In this document: positions 9,962 to 20,008 of the stretch, one piece after another | Layout of the letters: every line of letters begins with the position of its first letter | How positions within the stretch are numbered: position 1 is the stretch's first letter | From: Alphaproteobacteria bacterium | GTDB taxonomy: Bacteria > Pseudomonadota > Alphaproteobacteria > Bin95 | Direction of reading: 5' to 3' | NCBI GenBank assembly: GCA_965205265.1 | Contig: CBDBGH010000003.1 | Coordinates: forward strand, 224,001 to 288,000 | DNA: 64,000 nt | Translations under genes and position numbers: made by a program | Notes under the pieces: model-generated | What the model saw: the letters and a program-made list of their open reading frames with translations, nothing else | Told to the model about the DNA's origin: nothing | Databases searched by the model: none

Positions 9962-11431
9962 TCACGACCGCCAGAAGCCGGGGGTGAAGAGGAGCAGGAC
10001 GCTCAGCACTTCGAGGCGGCCGAGGAGCATGCCGCAGATCAGCACCCATTTGGCCGGGTCGTTGAGCGAGGAGAAATTGCCGGTCGGGCCGATGGTCTCT
10101 CCCAGGCCGGGGCCGACATTCGAGATGGCCGTCGCGGCGCCGGAGACGGCCGTCTCCAGGTCGAGGCCGGCGATGCCGAGCGCCACGGTAATCACGGCGA
10201 AAGAGGCGATGAAGAGGAACACGAAGCTCGTCACCGAGGCAGCCACCGCCGCCGGGATCGGTTTGCCGGCGTAGTGGGGAACATAGACGCCGTGGGGGTG
10301 GAGCAGCCGGCCGATCTGCGCGCGGGCCTCGGCGAACAGGACCTGGAGGCGGAACACCTTGATGCCGCAGGTGGTCGAGCCGGCGCAGCCGCCTATGAAC
10401 ATCAGGCAGAAGAGCGCGGCCGGCGCGAAACCGCCCCATAGGGAAAAATCGGTCGTCACATAGCCGGTCCCGGTCATGTAGGAGGTGGCGTTGAAGGCCA
10501 CCTGCCGGAGCGCCTCGAACGGTTCCACGGAATTCACCAGCGCATGGGCCGCGGTGAGAACGGCGATCGAGACGCCCAATATGCCAAGGAAGGCCTGGAC
10601 CTGGCTGTCGGCCAGCAGCCGCCCCCGCCGTCCGCGCATGAGCTGGATATAGAGCACGAAGGGCAGCGAGCCCGCGATCATGCCCGCGACGACGATCCAT
10701 TCCACCGTCGGATTGGCGAACGCGCCGACGGAGCCGTCCATCGTCGAGAAACCGCCGGTCGCGATGGTCGTCATGGCGTGGATGACCGCATCGAACAGGC
10801 TGAGCCCGGCAAACGCCAGCGCGCCGACCAGCACGGCGGTCATGACCAGATAGATGACGCCGATATGGCCCGCAATCTGCGCGGCCCGCGGCAGCACCTT
10901 TTCGGACCGGTCGCTCGATTCGATCCGGAAAATCTGCATGCCACCCACCCTGAGCAGGGGAGAGACCGCGATCGCGGTCACGATGATGCCCATGCCGCCG
11001 AGCCACTGCAGCAGGGCCCGCCAGAGCAGGATGCCGGGAGCCATGCCGTCGAGGCCGGAGAGCACGGTCGAGCCCGTGGTCGTGATGCCCGAAACCGCCT
11101 CGAACATCGCATCCGTCACGCTCAGGTCGATATCCGAAAGCAGCAGCAGCGGCAGCGCCGCGAATGCCGCAAGCACCACCCAGCTCAACACCGCCATCAG
11201 GAAGGATTGCCTGAGGGTGAGATAGCGGTGCAGCTGCGAATTCGGCCTGACGGAGCGGCAGACGGCGACCAGAAGCCCGCCGACGAACAGGGTGATCGCC
11301 GCACCGATCAGGAAGACGGTCGATTCCGATTCGGCCCGGCCGTATTCGACTGCGGCCGGCAGCAGCATGGCTCCCGCCAGCATGACCAGAAGCCAGCCGA
11401 TGATGAAAAAGACCGGCCGGACGTCGATCAT
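9962..11431 (-). CDS. trkH: TrkH potassium uptake membrane protein
   Basis: FEAVSGITTTGST, LQWLGGMG, ATGGFS, IGGCAGST..GIK, SNVGPG, GRLE. Confidence 0.93.
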   Translation of the reverse strand: MIDVRPVFFIIGWLLVMLAGAMLLPAAVEYGRAESESTVFLIGAAITLFVGGLLVAVCRSVRPNSQLHRYLTLRQSFLMAVLSWVVLAAFAALPLLLLSDIDLSVTDAMFEAVSGITTTGSTVLSGLDGMAPGILLWRALLQWLGGMGIIVTAIAVSPLLRVGGMQIFRIESSDRSEKVLPRAAQIAGHIGVIYLVMTAVLVGALAFAGLSLFDAVIHAMTTIATGGFSTMDGSVGAFANPTVEWIVVAGMIAGSLPFVLYIQLMRGRRGRLLADSQVQAFLGILGVSIAVLTAAHALVNSVEPFEALRQVAFNATSYMTGTGYVTTDFSLWGGFAPAALFCLMFIGGCAGSTTCGIKVFRLQVLFAEARAQIGRLLHPHGVYVPHYAGKPIPAAVAASVTSFVFLFIASFAVITVALGIAGLDLETAVSGAATAISNVGPGLGETIGPTGNFSSLNDPAKWVLICGMLLGRLEVLSVLLLFTPGFWRS

Positions 11432-11447
11432 GAAAGGGAGCCGCCGC

Positions 11448-11840
11448 TCAGTGGATCGACTCCGAGGACCAGGGGCTGTCGAGCGAGAAGGCCGGAATGT
11501 CTATCTCGAACCCTTCGCCGTCGTCGCGCACCATCTGGTAACGGCCGGTCATGAAGCCGGAGGCCGTCGGCAGCGGCGCGCCGCTGGAATAGGAGAAGCT
11601 CTCGCCCGGTTTCAGCACGGGCTGCTTGCCGACAACGCCGGGGCCGCGCACCTCCTCGGCGCGGCCGAGCGCATCGGTGATCCGCCAATAGCGCGAAACC
11701 AGTTGCACGGTGCAATCGCCTTCATTGGCGATCTCGATGTGATACGCCCAGAAATAGCGTTCCTCCGACGGATCGGAATGGTCCTCCAGATATTCCGGCC
11801 GTACGCGCACACGCACCCCGGCGGTCGTCTTCTCATACAT
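11448..11840 (-). CDS. apaG: ApaG protein
   Basis: YFWAY.I.I.N, VQL.SRYWRITD, GPGVVGKQP, IPAFSLDSP. Confidence 0.95.
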   Translation of the reverse strand: MYEKTTAGVRVRVRPEYLEDHSDPSEERYFWAYHIEIANEGDCTVQLVSRYWRITDALGRAEEVRGPGVVGKQPVLKPGESFSYSSGAPLPTASGFMTGRYQMVRDDGEGFEIDIPAFSLDSPWSSESIH

Positions 11841-12047
11841 TTTACTGTGCTCCCGAAGCGCTATTTTCCGGCAAGAGCGAGGCCGAAAGCAAGCCCTGCG
11901 GGCCTTGCCGGCGACCCGCCGTCGCAGGAAAGCCGGCCTTTCGCAGAAGCCGGCGCTCGTCTATAGAGTGCGTTTCCGCCACCCGTCGCCGCCTGTATGT
12001 CCTCCGGTTCCGCGCTCCCGTTCCGTCCTGCCGCCGGTTAAGTCCGG

Positions 12048-13016
12048 ATGCGGGTTTTCAGGCAATTTTCCGGCCTGCCCGACGACGCGCGGGGCGCGGT
12101 CGCGGCGCTCGGCAATTTCGACGGCGTGCATGGCGGCCACCGCGCGGTGTTCGAAGCCTGCCGGAAGATCGCCGGCGAAACCCCGCTCGCCGCGGTCACG
12201 TTCGAGCCGCATCCGCGCAGCTATTTCCGCCCGGACGATCCGCCCTTCCGGCTGACTTCGCTGGAGGGCAAGATCTACCAGTTGGAGCCGCTCGGCCTCG
12301 ACCTGCTCTTCGTGCTGGAATTCGACGGGGCGATGGCGGCGCGCTCGCCCGGGTCCTTCGCCCGCGGTGTGCTGGCCGAAGGGCTGGGCGTTTCCCATGC
12401 CGTCGTGGGCGACGATTTCCGCTTCGGCAAGGGACGGACCGGAAGGCCGGAGGACCTGGCGGCATTGGGCCGGGACTGCGGCTTCGCCGTCACCGTCATG
12501 GCGGATGTGATTGCGCCGGACGGCATCGGGTTCTCCTCGACGCGGGTGCGCGAGCACCTGGCGGAAGGGTGCCCCGTCGAGGCCGCGCGCCTGCTGGGCC
12601 ATCCTTGGGAGATTGTGGGCCGGGTCGAGACCGGCAGGCGGCTCGGGCGGACCATCGGGTTTCCCACCGCCAATCTCGGCCTCGGCGACCTGCTGGAGCC
12701 GGCCCGCGGCGTCTATGCCGTCAGCGCCGGGTTGGAAGAGGGGGGCGGCTGGGTATGGCGGGACGCCGTCGCCAATCTCGGCGTCCGCCCGACCGTGGAC
12801 GGGGAGAGACTCGCCTTCGAGGTGCATCTCTTCGACTTCTCGGACGACATTTACGGCCGGATGCTCCGCGTGCGGATGCTGGACTTCATCCGCCCGGAGC
12901 GGCGCTTCGACGGCCTCGACGCGCTGAAGGCCCAGATCGCCGCCGATTGCGACACGGCGCGCAGGCTGTTGGCCGGCGCCGCCGCGGACCCCCTCAGAGC
13001 AGGTCGCGCAACATAG
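12048..13016 (+). CDS. ribF: bifunctional riboflavin kinase / FAD synthetase
   Basis: GNFDGVHGGH, TFEPHP, GDDFRFG, SSTRVR, GRTIGFPTAN, GVRPT. Confidence 0.95.
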   Translation: MRVFRQFSGLPDDARGAVAALGNFDGVHGGHRAVFEACRKIAGETPLAAVTFEPHPRSYFRPDDPPFRLTSLEGKIYQLEPLGLDLLFVLEFDGAMAARSPGSFARGVLAEGLGVSHAVVGDDFRFGKGRTGRPEDLAALGRDCGFAVTVMADVIAPDGIGFSSTRVREHLAEGCPVEAARLLGHPWEIVGRVETGRRLGRTIGFPTANLGLGDLLEPARGVYAVSAGLEEGGGWVWRDAVANLGVRPTVDGERLAFEVHLFDFSDDIYGRMLRVRMLDFIRPERRFDGLDALKAQIAADCDTARRLLAGAAADPLRAGRAT

Positions 13017-13395
13017 CCACCAGCGGCCGGTCCGCCGGCGGCATCGGCCAGTCGCGCATCTCGCGCGGGCGGACCCAGGCGAGGCGCTGGCCCTCTTTCG
13101 GCCGGGGCGCGCCCTGCCAGACGCGGCACACATAGAGCGGCATCAGCAGGTGGAAATCGGCATAGGCATGGCTCGCGAAAGTGAGCGGCGCCAGGCAGGA
13201 GGCGTCCGTGTCGATGTCGAGCTCTTCCTTGAGCTCGCGCAGAAGCGCCGCCTCGGGCGTCTCGCCGGGCGCGGGCTTGCCGCCGGGAAACTCCCAGAGC
13301 CCGGCCATCGCCTTGCCCTCGGGGCGCCGGGCCAGAAGAACGCGCCCGTCGCGGTCCACCAGGGCGGCGGCGACGACCAGCAGCACGCGGCTCAA
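12994..13395 (-). CDS. mutT: 8-oxo-dGTP diphosphatase (Nudix)
   Basis: WEFPGGK...ETPEAALLRELKEEL Nudix box; TTG start overlapping the argJ stop; argJ-mutT synteny. Confidence 0.9.
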   Translation of the reverse strand: MSRVLLVVAAALVDRDGRVLLARRPEGKAMAGLWEFPGGKPAPGETPEAALLRELKEELDIDTDASCLAPLTFASHAYADFHLLMPLYVCRVWQGAPRPKEGQRLAWVRPREMRDWPMPPADRPLVAMLRDLL

Positions 13396-14615
13396 GAGCG
13401 GTAGGACCCGTTGATGTCGATATAGCCGTGGGTCAGGTCGCAGGTCCACACGGTAGCCTTGCCGCGGCCGACGCCGACATCGACCGCTATGGCAATGTCC
13501 TGCCGCCGCATGTGCTGGGCGACGGGCGTCTCGTCGTAGCCCGGCACCACCTGGCCGCCGCGGGTGATCTCCACCCCGCCGATGGCGATGCGCAGCGCGT
13601 CCCGGTCCGCCTTCTCGCCGGCCTTGCCGACCGCCATCACGATCCGGCCCCAATTAGCGTCCTCGCCGGCAATGGCGGTCTTCACCAGCGGCGAGTTGGC
13701 GATGGCGAGGCCGATGCGCTTCGCGGCGCGGGCCGACGCCGCCCCGGTGACGGCGATCTCAATGAATTTGGAAGCCCCCTCGCCGTCGCGGACGATCTGG
13801 TGCGCAAGGTCGCGGCAGACCGCCTCCAGCGCCCGGGCGAAGCCGCGCAGCATGGCGGCGTCTGGCTCCGGATTGCCGGCCGCGCCGGTTGCGGCGACCA
13901 GCACCGTGTCGCTGGTCGAGGTGTCGCTGTCCACGGTGATGGCGTTGAAGCTGCGCTCGACGGCACGGCTCGTGAGCCTTTGCAGCAGGGCCGGCGGCAC
14001 CGCCGCATCGGTGAAGACATAGGCGAGCATGGTCGCCATGTCGGGCGCGATCATGCCGGACCCCTTGGCGATGCCGGCAATCGTCACCCTGCTGCCGCCG
14101 ATCCTCGCGGTCGCCGAGGCGCCCTTGGGGAAGGTGTCCGTGGTCATGATGGCGCGCGCGGCACCTTCCCATGCGCCGGATGAAAGCGACCGGGCCAGCC
14201 CCGGCAGCTTCTCGACGATGGTGCTCTCGGCCGGCAGCGGCTCGCCGATCACGCCCGTCGAGGAGACGAAGACCTCCCCTTCGGCGCATCCGAGCCCATG
14301 CGCCGCCGCCGCCACCGTATGCTCCACCGCGGCCGTGCCAAGCTGGCCTGTAAACGCGTTGGCATTGCCCGAATTCACGACGATGGCCCGCGCCCGCCCG
14401 CCGGCCAGAGCCTCGCGGCACCACTCGACCGGCGCCGAGGCGGTGAGCGAGCGGGTCAGCGCGCCGGCGATCGCCGAGCCGGGCGCAAGCTCGACCAGCA
14501 GCAGGTCGTCCCGGCCCTTGTAGCGGATGCCGGCCTCGACGGTGGCCGTGCGGACGCCGCCGATCGCCGGGATGTCGGGGAAGCGCCCGGGCGCCAGGGG
14601 AGAAACCGTGTTCAT
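13392..14615 (-). CDS. argJ: bifunctional ornithine acetyltransferase / N-acetylglutamate synthase
   Basis: NSGNANA, STGVIG, IMTTDT, KGSGMIAPDMATML, DGEGASK, DANWGR. Confidence 0.96.
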   Translation of the reverse strand: MNTVSPLAPGRFPDIPAIGGVRTATVEAGIRYKGRDDLLLVELAPGSAIAGALTRSLTASAPVEWCREALAGGRARAIVVNSGNANAFTGQLGTAAVEHTVAAAAHGLGCAEGEVFVSSTGVIGEPLPAESTIVEKLPGLARSLSSGAWEGAARAIMTTDTFPKGASATARIGGSRVTIAGIAKGSGMIAPDMATMLAYVFTDAAVPPALLQRLTSRAVERSFNAITVDSDTSTSDTVLVAATGAAGNPEPDAAMLRGFARALEAVCRDLAHQIVRDGEGASKFIEIAVTGAASARAAKRIGLAIANSPLVKTAIAGEDANWGRIVMAVGKAGEKADRDALRIAIGGVEITRGGQVVPGYDETPVAQHMRRQDIAIAVDVGVGRGKATVWTCDLTHGYIDINGSYRS

Positions 14616-15427
14616 TGGGATTCCGCCGTTCCGTCGGCATTGAGGAGTTCGATCCGGGCGCCGGCGCGCAGCTCGTCCAGATGCTTCTGGAGGATCTGCT
14701 CGCTGAGCTGGCGCGCGAGCGGGCCCCGCACCTGGGTGAAGTCCGGCGCCGGCGGGTATTCCTTGCTGTGCAGCAGGATGACATGCCAGCCGAATTGGGT
14801 CTTGACCGGCTCCCCGGTGTAGGAACCCGGCTCAAGCGCCAGCGCCGCCTTCTCGAAGGCCGGTACCATGCGGCCCTTGGGGAACGAGCCGAGGTCGCCG
14901 CCGCGCGACTTGGTGGGGCCGATGGAGTGCTGCTCGGCCAGCGCCGCGAAATCGCCGCCCTTGTCGAGCTCGGCGATGACGGCGTGCGCGGCGGCCTCGT
15001 CCGCGACCAGGATATGGCTCGCATGGATCTCCAGCGTGCCTTTCCCGTCCGGATAGTTTTCCTTGTAAAGCGCCCTGATCCGGGCGTCGTCGATGCGTTC
15101 CTGCAGGTAGCTGAGCATGTAGTACTGGGTCAGCAGCGTGCGGCGCTGCTGGGCGAGCTGGCGCTGGAAGTCCGGCCGCCGGTCGAAGCCTGCGGCTTCG
15201 GCGGCGCCGTAAATCAGCAGGCTTTCGACCACGCGCTGGCGGGCCGTGCGGCGGATGAGGGAGGGCGGCGCGCCCTGCATGGTCGGCGCGATCTCCGCCG
15301 CCTGCCGGTCAACGTCCGACTGGTAAACCGGCTCACCGTCCACCTTGGCGACCACCGGGTCGCCGGCCTGGGCAAGTGCGAGCGCCGGGGCCAGGACGGC
15401 CGCAAGCGCGAAGAGGAAGAGACGCAT
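14612..15427 (-). CDS. PpiC/PrsA-type peptidyl-prolyl isomerase
   Basis: signal peptide, HASHILV, GGDLG, MVPAFE, TQFGWHVI. Confidence 0.9.
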   Translation of the reverse strand: MRLFLFALAAVLAPALALAQAGDPVVAKVDGEPVYQSDVDRQAAEIAPTMQGAPPSLIRRTARQRVVESLLIYGAAEAAGFDRRPDFQRQLAQQRRTLLTQYYMLSYLQERIDDARIRALYKENYPDGKGTLEIHASHILVADEAAAHAVIAELDKGGDFAALAEQHSIGPTKSRGGDLGSFPKGRMVPAFEKAALALEPGSYTGEPVKTQFGWHVILLHSKEYPPAPDFTQVRGPLARQLSEQILQKHLDELRAGARIELLNADGTAESQ

Positions 15428-15604
15428 GGGGCGAGCGGCCTTTGTTTCCGGGCGGATGCAGGATTGCCGCCAGAATGGACACCGGGCGCATCGAGGTCAA
15501 CGCCCTCCGCCGGCGATTGCCAATGCCCGAATTTGCGGGTTAGGCTCGCGCGGCTTCCGGCGCGGCCGGGAGCTTGGAGCCTGAAGGCAGGGGAGGCGGG
15601 CGCC

Positions 15605-16489
15605 ATGACGCTTACGCAGCAACAGGTCGAGCGTTTCTGGGAGACGGGCTATCTCGTGCTGCCGGGCGCCTTGCCGGCGGACCTTCTGGCGGAGCTGCAA
15701 CGGGAGGCGGACCTTGCGACCGAGGGCGCGCGCGGCCTGGAAGCGTCGGACGCGCGCTACGACCTGGAGGACAGCCACCGGGCGCATGCGCCGCGCGTGC
15801 GGCGGCTGAAGACGCCGTTCGAGCACTGGCCGTTCTTCGACCGGCTGATGCGCTCGGCCGCGGTGCTGGATGCGGTCGAGCCGTTGCTCGGCCCCGATAT
15901 CCGCATCCACAACAGCAAGCTCAACATGAAATCCGCGCATTTCGGCGCGGCGGTGGAGTGGCACCAGGACTGGGCCTTCTACCCCCATACCAACGACACG
16001 GGGCTCGCGCTCGGCATATATCTGGACGATGTCGACGGGGACAACGGCCCGATGATGGCCGTGCCGGGCTCGCACCGCGGCCCCGTCTTCGACCATCACA
16101 GCGCCGGCGCCTTCTGCGGCGGCATCGATCCCGGACTCCACGATGTCGGCCATGAGCGCGCGGCGGAGATGACCGGGCCCGCCGGCACCTTCACCCTGCA
16201 CCATGTGCGCGCCGTCCACGGCTCGGCGCTCAACCGCTCGGACCGCCCGCGCCGCCTCCTGCTCTACAGCTATTTCGCTGCCGACGCCTGGCCGCTGATG
16301 GGTCTGGAAGGCGCGACCCTGGAAGAGTTCGACAAGCGCATCTGCCGGGGCAAACCCACGCTGGAGCCGCGCCTCGAGCCGCTGCCGGTCCGCATGCCGC
16401 TGCCGGTCGCGCCGAAGCAGGGCTCGATCTACGAGAACCAGAAGACGCTTTCGGGCCGGTTCTTCGAGCAATTCGAGGAAGTCGCCTGA
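15605..16489 (+). CDS. phytanoyl-CoA dioxygenase (PhyH) family 2OG-Fe(II) oxygenase
   Basis: WHQD, NGP..VPGSH, HVRAVHGS..N.S.RPR; ATG at 15605 after GGAGG. Confidence 0.88.
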   Translation: MTLTQQQVERFWETGYLVLPGALPADLLAELQREADLATEGARGLEASDARYDLEDSHRAHAPRVRRLKTPFEHWPFFDRLMRSAAVLDAVEPLLGPDIRIHNSKLNMKSAHFGAAVEWHQDWAFYPHTNDTGLALGIYLDDVDGDNGPMMAVPGSHRGPVFDHHSAGAFCGGIDPGLHDVGHERAAEMTGPAGTFTLHHVRAVHGSALNRSDRPRRLLLYSYFAADAWPLMGLEGATLEEFDKRICRGKPTLEPRLEPLPVRMPLPVAPKQGSIYENQKTLSGRFFEQFEEVA

Positions 16490-16509
16490 GACGGACGGGA
16501 GACGCGCCG

Positions 16510-17748
16510 GTGACCGAACGCTTCTGCAATCTCGACCGGCTGCTCCACCTGATGGAGAGCAGGGGCGTCGATGCCGTGCTCGCGGCCGCGCCCAACAATG
16601 TCTATTGGCTCTCCGGCTTCAACCTGCCGGCGCACAAGTCCGACGAGCCGCGCCCGCTGGCCGTGCTGCTGGCCCGCGAGGCGCCCGAAGCGCCGGTCAT
16701 GGTGCTGCCCGACTTCTATCTGGGCGCAGCCGCCGCTGCGCCGTGCTGGATCGAGGATATCCGCCCCTTCCGCGCCATCCTGCTGCCTTTCGACCAGCCG
16801 TCCCGCGGCAGGGCGGACCTCGACCGCTTCGTCGCTCCCGGCGACCGGCCGAACTGGTTTTCCGCCGCCGCCGACCGCTACGCGCCGGACATGGTGGCCG
16901 CGCTGGAGCGCGCCGTCGCCGATCTCGGCCTCGCGGGCAAGCGCGTCGCGGCGGACGAGCCGAGGCTGGCCGCGCGCCTCGCAAACGTCGATGTCGAGGA
17001 CGGCTACGGCCTGCTCATGTCCGCGCGCAGCATCAAGACGCCCGCCGAGGTGGACCTGATGCGCGCCGCCACGGCCGTCAACCGCGCGGCCATAGAGGAG
17101 AGCATCGGCGCCTGGACGCCCGGCATGACCTGGCGCGACCTCTGCGCCGCCTACCACGCGGCGGCGCTCGCGCGCGGCGGCTTCGTCCACGACCCGGGCG
17201 CCATGGTGCTGGCGAACGGCTCCGACAATCCCGTGCCCGTCATCGCGTCCGAGGCCGACGACTACGAGCTCGAACCCGGCATGCGCATCATGTTCGACTG
17301 CCACGGCACGAAGGACCGCTATTGCTGGGACGGCGGCAAGACCTGGATCGTCGGCTCCGAGGGCGTGGACGCCGCCCGCAAGCTGGCCGGGGCGACGGCG
17401 GACGCAATGGCCGAGATCGAGGCCCTCATGGCGCCCGGCGCGCGCATTTCGGCGCTCCAGGCCGCAGGCCGTGCGGTCTATCGCAAGCACGGGCTCGCGC
17501 TGGCGGACGACGCGTTGATCTTCTTCCACGGCCTCGGCCTCAGCCATCTCGACCAGGAGGTCGATGCGGAGGGCGCCGTTACCGGCGATTTCGCGATCCA
17601 GGCCGGCATGGCGATCGCGACCCACATCTACTATCCGGGCGACCGGCGCGAGCGCCTGTGGCTGGAGGACATCGCCATTGTCGGGGAGTCGGGCCCGGCC
17701 GAGTCGATCTTCGGCTGGGACTTCCTCCCGCACGGCCTGGGCGCGTGA
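16510..17748 (+). CDS. M24 (Xaa-Pro peptidase / creatinase-like) hydrolase
   Basis: N-terminal NVYWLSGF, RSIKTPAEVDLMR, HGLGL, LED. Confidence 0.8.
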   Translation: MTERFCNLDRLLHLMESRGVDAVLAAAPNNVYWLSGFNLPAHKSDEPRPLAVLLAREAPEAPVMVLPDFYLGAAAAAPCWIEDIRPFRAILLPFDQPSRGRADLDRFVAPGDRPNWFSAAADRYAPDMVAALERAVADLGLAGKRVAADEPRLAARLANVDVEDGYGLLMSARSIKTPAEVDLMRAATAVNRAAIEESIGAWTPGMTWRDLCAAYHAAALARGGFVHDPGAMVLANGSDNPVPVIASEADDYELEPGMRIMFDCHGTKDRYCWDGGKTWIVGSEGVDAARKLAGATADAMAEIEALMAPGARISALQAAGRAVYRKHGLALADDALIFFHGLGLSHLDQEVDAEGAVTGDFAIQAGMAIATHIYYPGDRRERLWLEDIAIVGESGPAESIFGWDFLPHGLGA

Positions 17749-17972
17749 TCGACCGCTTCCCGACGGTGCGTTTTGTGGTCAGGCGCGGCCGGCTGCTGGT
17801 CTGGGCGGCGGGCGCGCTGCCCGTGCTGGCCGCTTTTCTCGGCATCGGCATCGAGGGCTGGCACTGGTTCTGGATGGCCGTCGGCCTGCTGGCCGGCACC
17901 GCTTTTGCCTTCGTCACCCGCCTGCTTGTCGAGCTGACAATCATTATCGCCGACATGCTGCTGCCGGAGTGA
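17745..17972 (+). CDS. small two-helix membrane protein of unknown function
   Basis: GTGA overlaps with both neighbours; 75 aa, hydrophobic, ends IIADMLLPE. Confidence 0.6.
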   Translation: MIDRFPTVRFVVRRGRLLVWAAGALPVLAAFLGIGIEGWHWFWMAVGLLAGTAFAFVTRLLVELTIIIADMLLPE

Positions 17973-19345
17973 GCGCGCCGGACCTGATCGCCGTCGGCGG
18001 CGGCCTCGCGGGGCTGACTGCCGCCAACCGGGCCGCGGCAGGCGGGCTGTCCGTGCTGGTGATGGAGCGGGGCGCGGCGCCCGACTATTTCTGCAACTCG
18101 CGCATCGCCGGCGGCCTCCTGCATGTCGCCTTCCGGGACATGACGCGCCCGGCGGAGGAAATCCGCGCGTCCGTCGCGGAATCGGTCGGCGAGGCCGGGG
18201 ACCCGGCGACGGCGCTGGCGGACCTCCTGGCCGACGATGCCGGCAAGGTGCTGGCCTGGCTGCGCGCGGAAGGCGGGGCCTTTGTGCGCGGCGGCGCGCC
18301 CGAGTTCATGCGCTGGGTGATGGCCCCGCCCCGCCGCCGGCGCGGCGGCCTCGACTGGAAGGGGCGCGGGCCGGACGCGCTGCTGCGCCGCCTCACGCGC
18401 AATCTCGCAGCGCGCGGCGGGGTGCTGCGCCTCGGCTCCCCGGTGAAGGCGCTGGCGGTCGAGGACGGGCGGGTCGTCGGTGTGCAAACTGCCGCCGGCA
18501 TGGAGAGGGCGCGCTTCGTGCTCATCGCGGATGGCGGCTTCCAGGACAATCCGGAGCTGGTCCGCCGCCATTTCTCGCCGCGGCCGGAGCGGTTGTTCAA
18601 GCGCGGCGCGGGCGGGGGACGGGGCGACGGCATCGCCATGGCGGCGGCCGCGGGCGCGGCCACGGTCGGCATGGACCGCTTCTACGGCCATCTGCTCGGG
18701 CTGGACGCCTTCGGGAACGACAGGCTCTGGCCCTATCCGACGCTGGATTCGCTGGCCGCCGTCTCGCTGCTGGTGGACGGGGCCGGGCGGCGTTTCTGCG
18801 ACGAAGGCCTGGGTGGGGTGTTCATGGCGAACGAGCTGGCGCGGCTGGCGGACCCGGAGGGCGCGGCCGTGGTGTTCGACGACCGGCACTGGCGCGAGGA
18901 CGCGGCCGACAACCGCTACCCGCCCGCGCTCAATCCGAGCTTCCCGGCCTCGGGCGGCCGGGTGTTCGAGGCTCCGACGGTCGAGCGGCTCGCGGAAACC
19001 CTCGCCATGCCGGCGCTGGCGGAAACCGTGGCGGCGCACAATGCCGGGCGCCGCGAGCCGGCGCGAACCCTTGCCCGCTTCCCCGCGAAGCCGATAGTGG
19101 AGCCGCCCTTCCGCGCCATCCGCGCCGCCGCCGGCATCACCTACAGCATGGGCGGCCTCGCCATAGACCGCGCCGCCCGGGTGCTGGACGCGGGCGCGCG
19201 CCCGGTCCCCGGCCTCTATGCCGCCGGCTCCGCCGCAGGCGGCCTCGAAGGCGGCCCCCGCGCCGCCTATCTCGGCGGCCTCGCCAAGGCCGTCGCAACG
19301 GGACTGCGCGCGGCGGAGGCGATGCTGGCCGAGGGCGGCGGGTAG
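17969..19345 (+). CDS. FAD-binding oxidoreductase (fumarate reductase flavoprotein / TcuA-like family)
   Basis: GGGLAG, NSRIAGG, ADGGF, GDGIAMA, RFCDE, TYSMGGL, GLYAAG. Confidence 0.82.
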   Translation: MSAPDLIAVGGGLAGLTAANRAAAGGLSVLVMERGAAPDYFCNSRIAGGLLHVAFRDMTRPAEEIRASVAESVGEAGDPATALADLLADDAGKVLAWLRAEGGAFVRGGAPEFMRWVMAPPRRRRGGLDWKGRGPDALLRRLTRNLAARGGVLRLGSPVKALAVEDGRVVGVQTAAGMERARFVLIADGGFQDNPELVRRHFSPRPERLFKRGAGGGRGDGIAMAAAAGAATVGMDRFYGHLLGLDAFGNDRLWPYPTLDSLAAVSLLVDGAGRRFCDEGLGGVFMANELARLADPEGAAVVFDDRHWREDAADNRYPPALNPSFPASGGRVFEAPTVERLAETLAMPALAETVAAHNAGRREPARTLARFPAKPIVEPPFRAIRAAAGITYSMGGLAIDRAARVLDAGARPVPGLYAAGSAAGGLEGGPRAAYLGGLAKAVATGLRAAEAMLAEGGG

Positions 19346-19353
19346 GCGGCCGG

Positions 19354-19938
19354 TCAGGCGAAGCGGCAGGCGTCGTCGAAATCGAACGTCGGGTGGCGCT
19401 CGAACAGCACCGATTCGTCGCCGTGGCCGATATTGCAGAGGAAGTTCGCCTTGACGCTGGTGCCGGCGAAGAACGCGGCGGTCGCCTTGTCCTTGTCGAA
19501 GCCGGACATGGCGCCGATGTCGAAACCGAGCGCGCGCGCCGCGATCATGAAATAGGCGCCCTGCAGCGTACCGTTGCGGAACCCGGCATCCTCCGCCGCC
19601 GCCGGGTCGCCGCGGAAGAGGTCGGCCATGGCGGGGTTGTGCGGGAAGAGATAGTCCATGCGTTCGAAGAAGCGCACGTCGTAGCCGATTACCGCGGTCG
19701 CCGGCGCGGCCATGGTCTTCTCCAGATTGCCGGAGGAGAGTGCCGGGGCGAGCTTTTCCTTGGCCTCGCGCGAGCGCACGAAGACGAAGCGGGCCGGGGA
19801 CATGTTGGCGCTGGTCGGCCCCCATTTCATCAGTTCGTATATGCGACGGATATCGTCGTCGGTCACGGGGCGGTCGCGCCAGGCGTTATGGGTGCGGGCC
19901 TTGCGGAAAATCAGGTCGAGGGCGGCATCGTCGAGCAT
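19354..19938 (-). CDS. rutE: nitroreductase family, malonic semialdehyde reductase RutE-like
   Basis: [44 protein letters not shown]. Confidence 0.8.
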   Translation of the reverse strand: MLDDAALDLIFRKARTHNAWRDRPVTDDDIRRIYELMKWGPTSANMSPARFVFVRSREAKEKLAPALSSGNLEKTMAAPATAVIGYDVRFFERMDYLFPHNPAMADLFRGDPAAAEDAGFRNGTLQGAYFMIAARALGFDIGAMSGFDKDKATAAFFAGTSVKANFLCNIGHGDESVLFERHPTFDFDDACRFA

Positions 19939-20008
19939 CGACTGGCTCCGTTTGCGGAAGGCGCTAAACTCCGGGCTCCTGTCTCCGCCGTCAAGGAATC
20001 CGTAACGC

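Noticed and set aside
14615-15604. Long N-terminal extensions of PhyH, SthA, ZapE, SucC and others in the ORF track
   Set aside because: The extensions overlap neighbouring genes and are low-complexity; internal starts with RBS and family-typical N termini were used instead.
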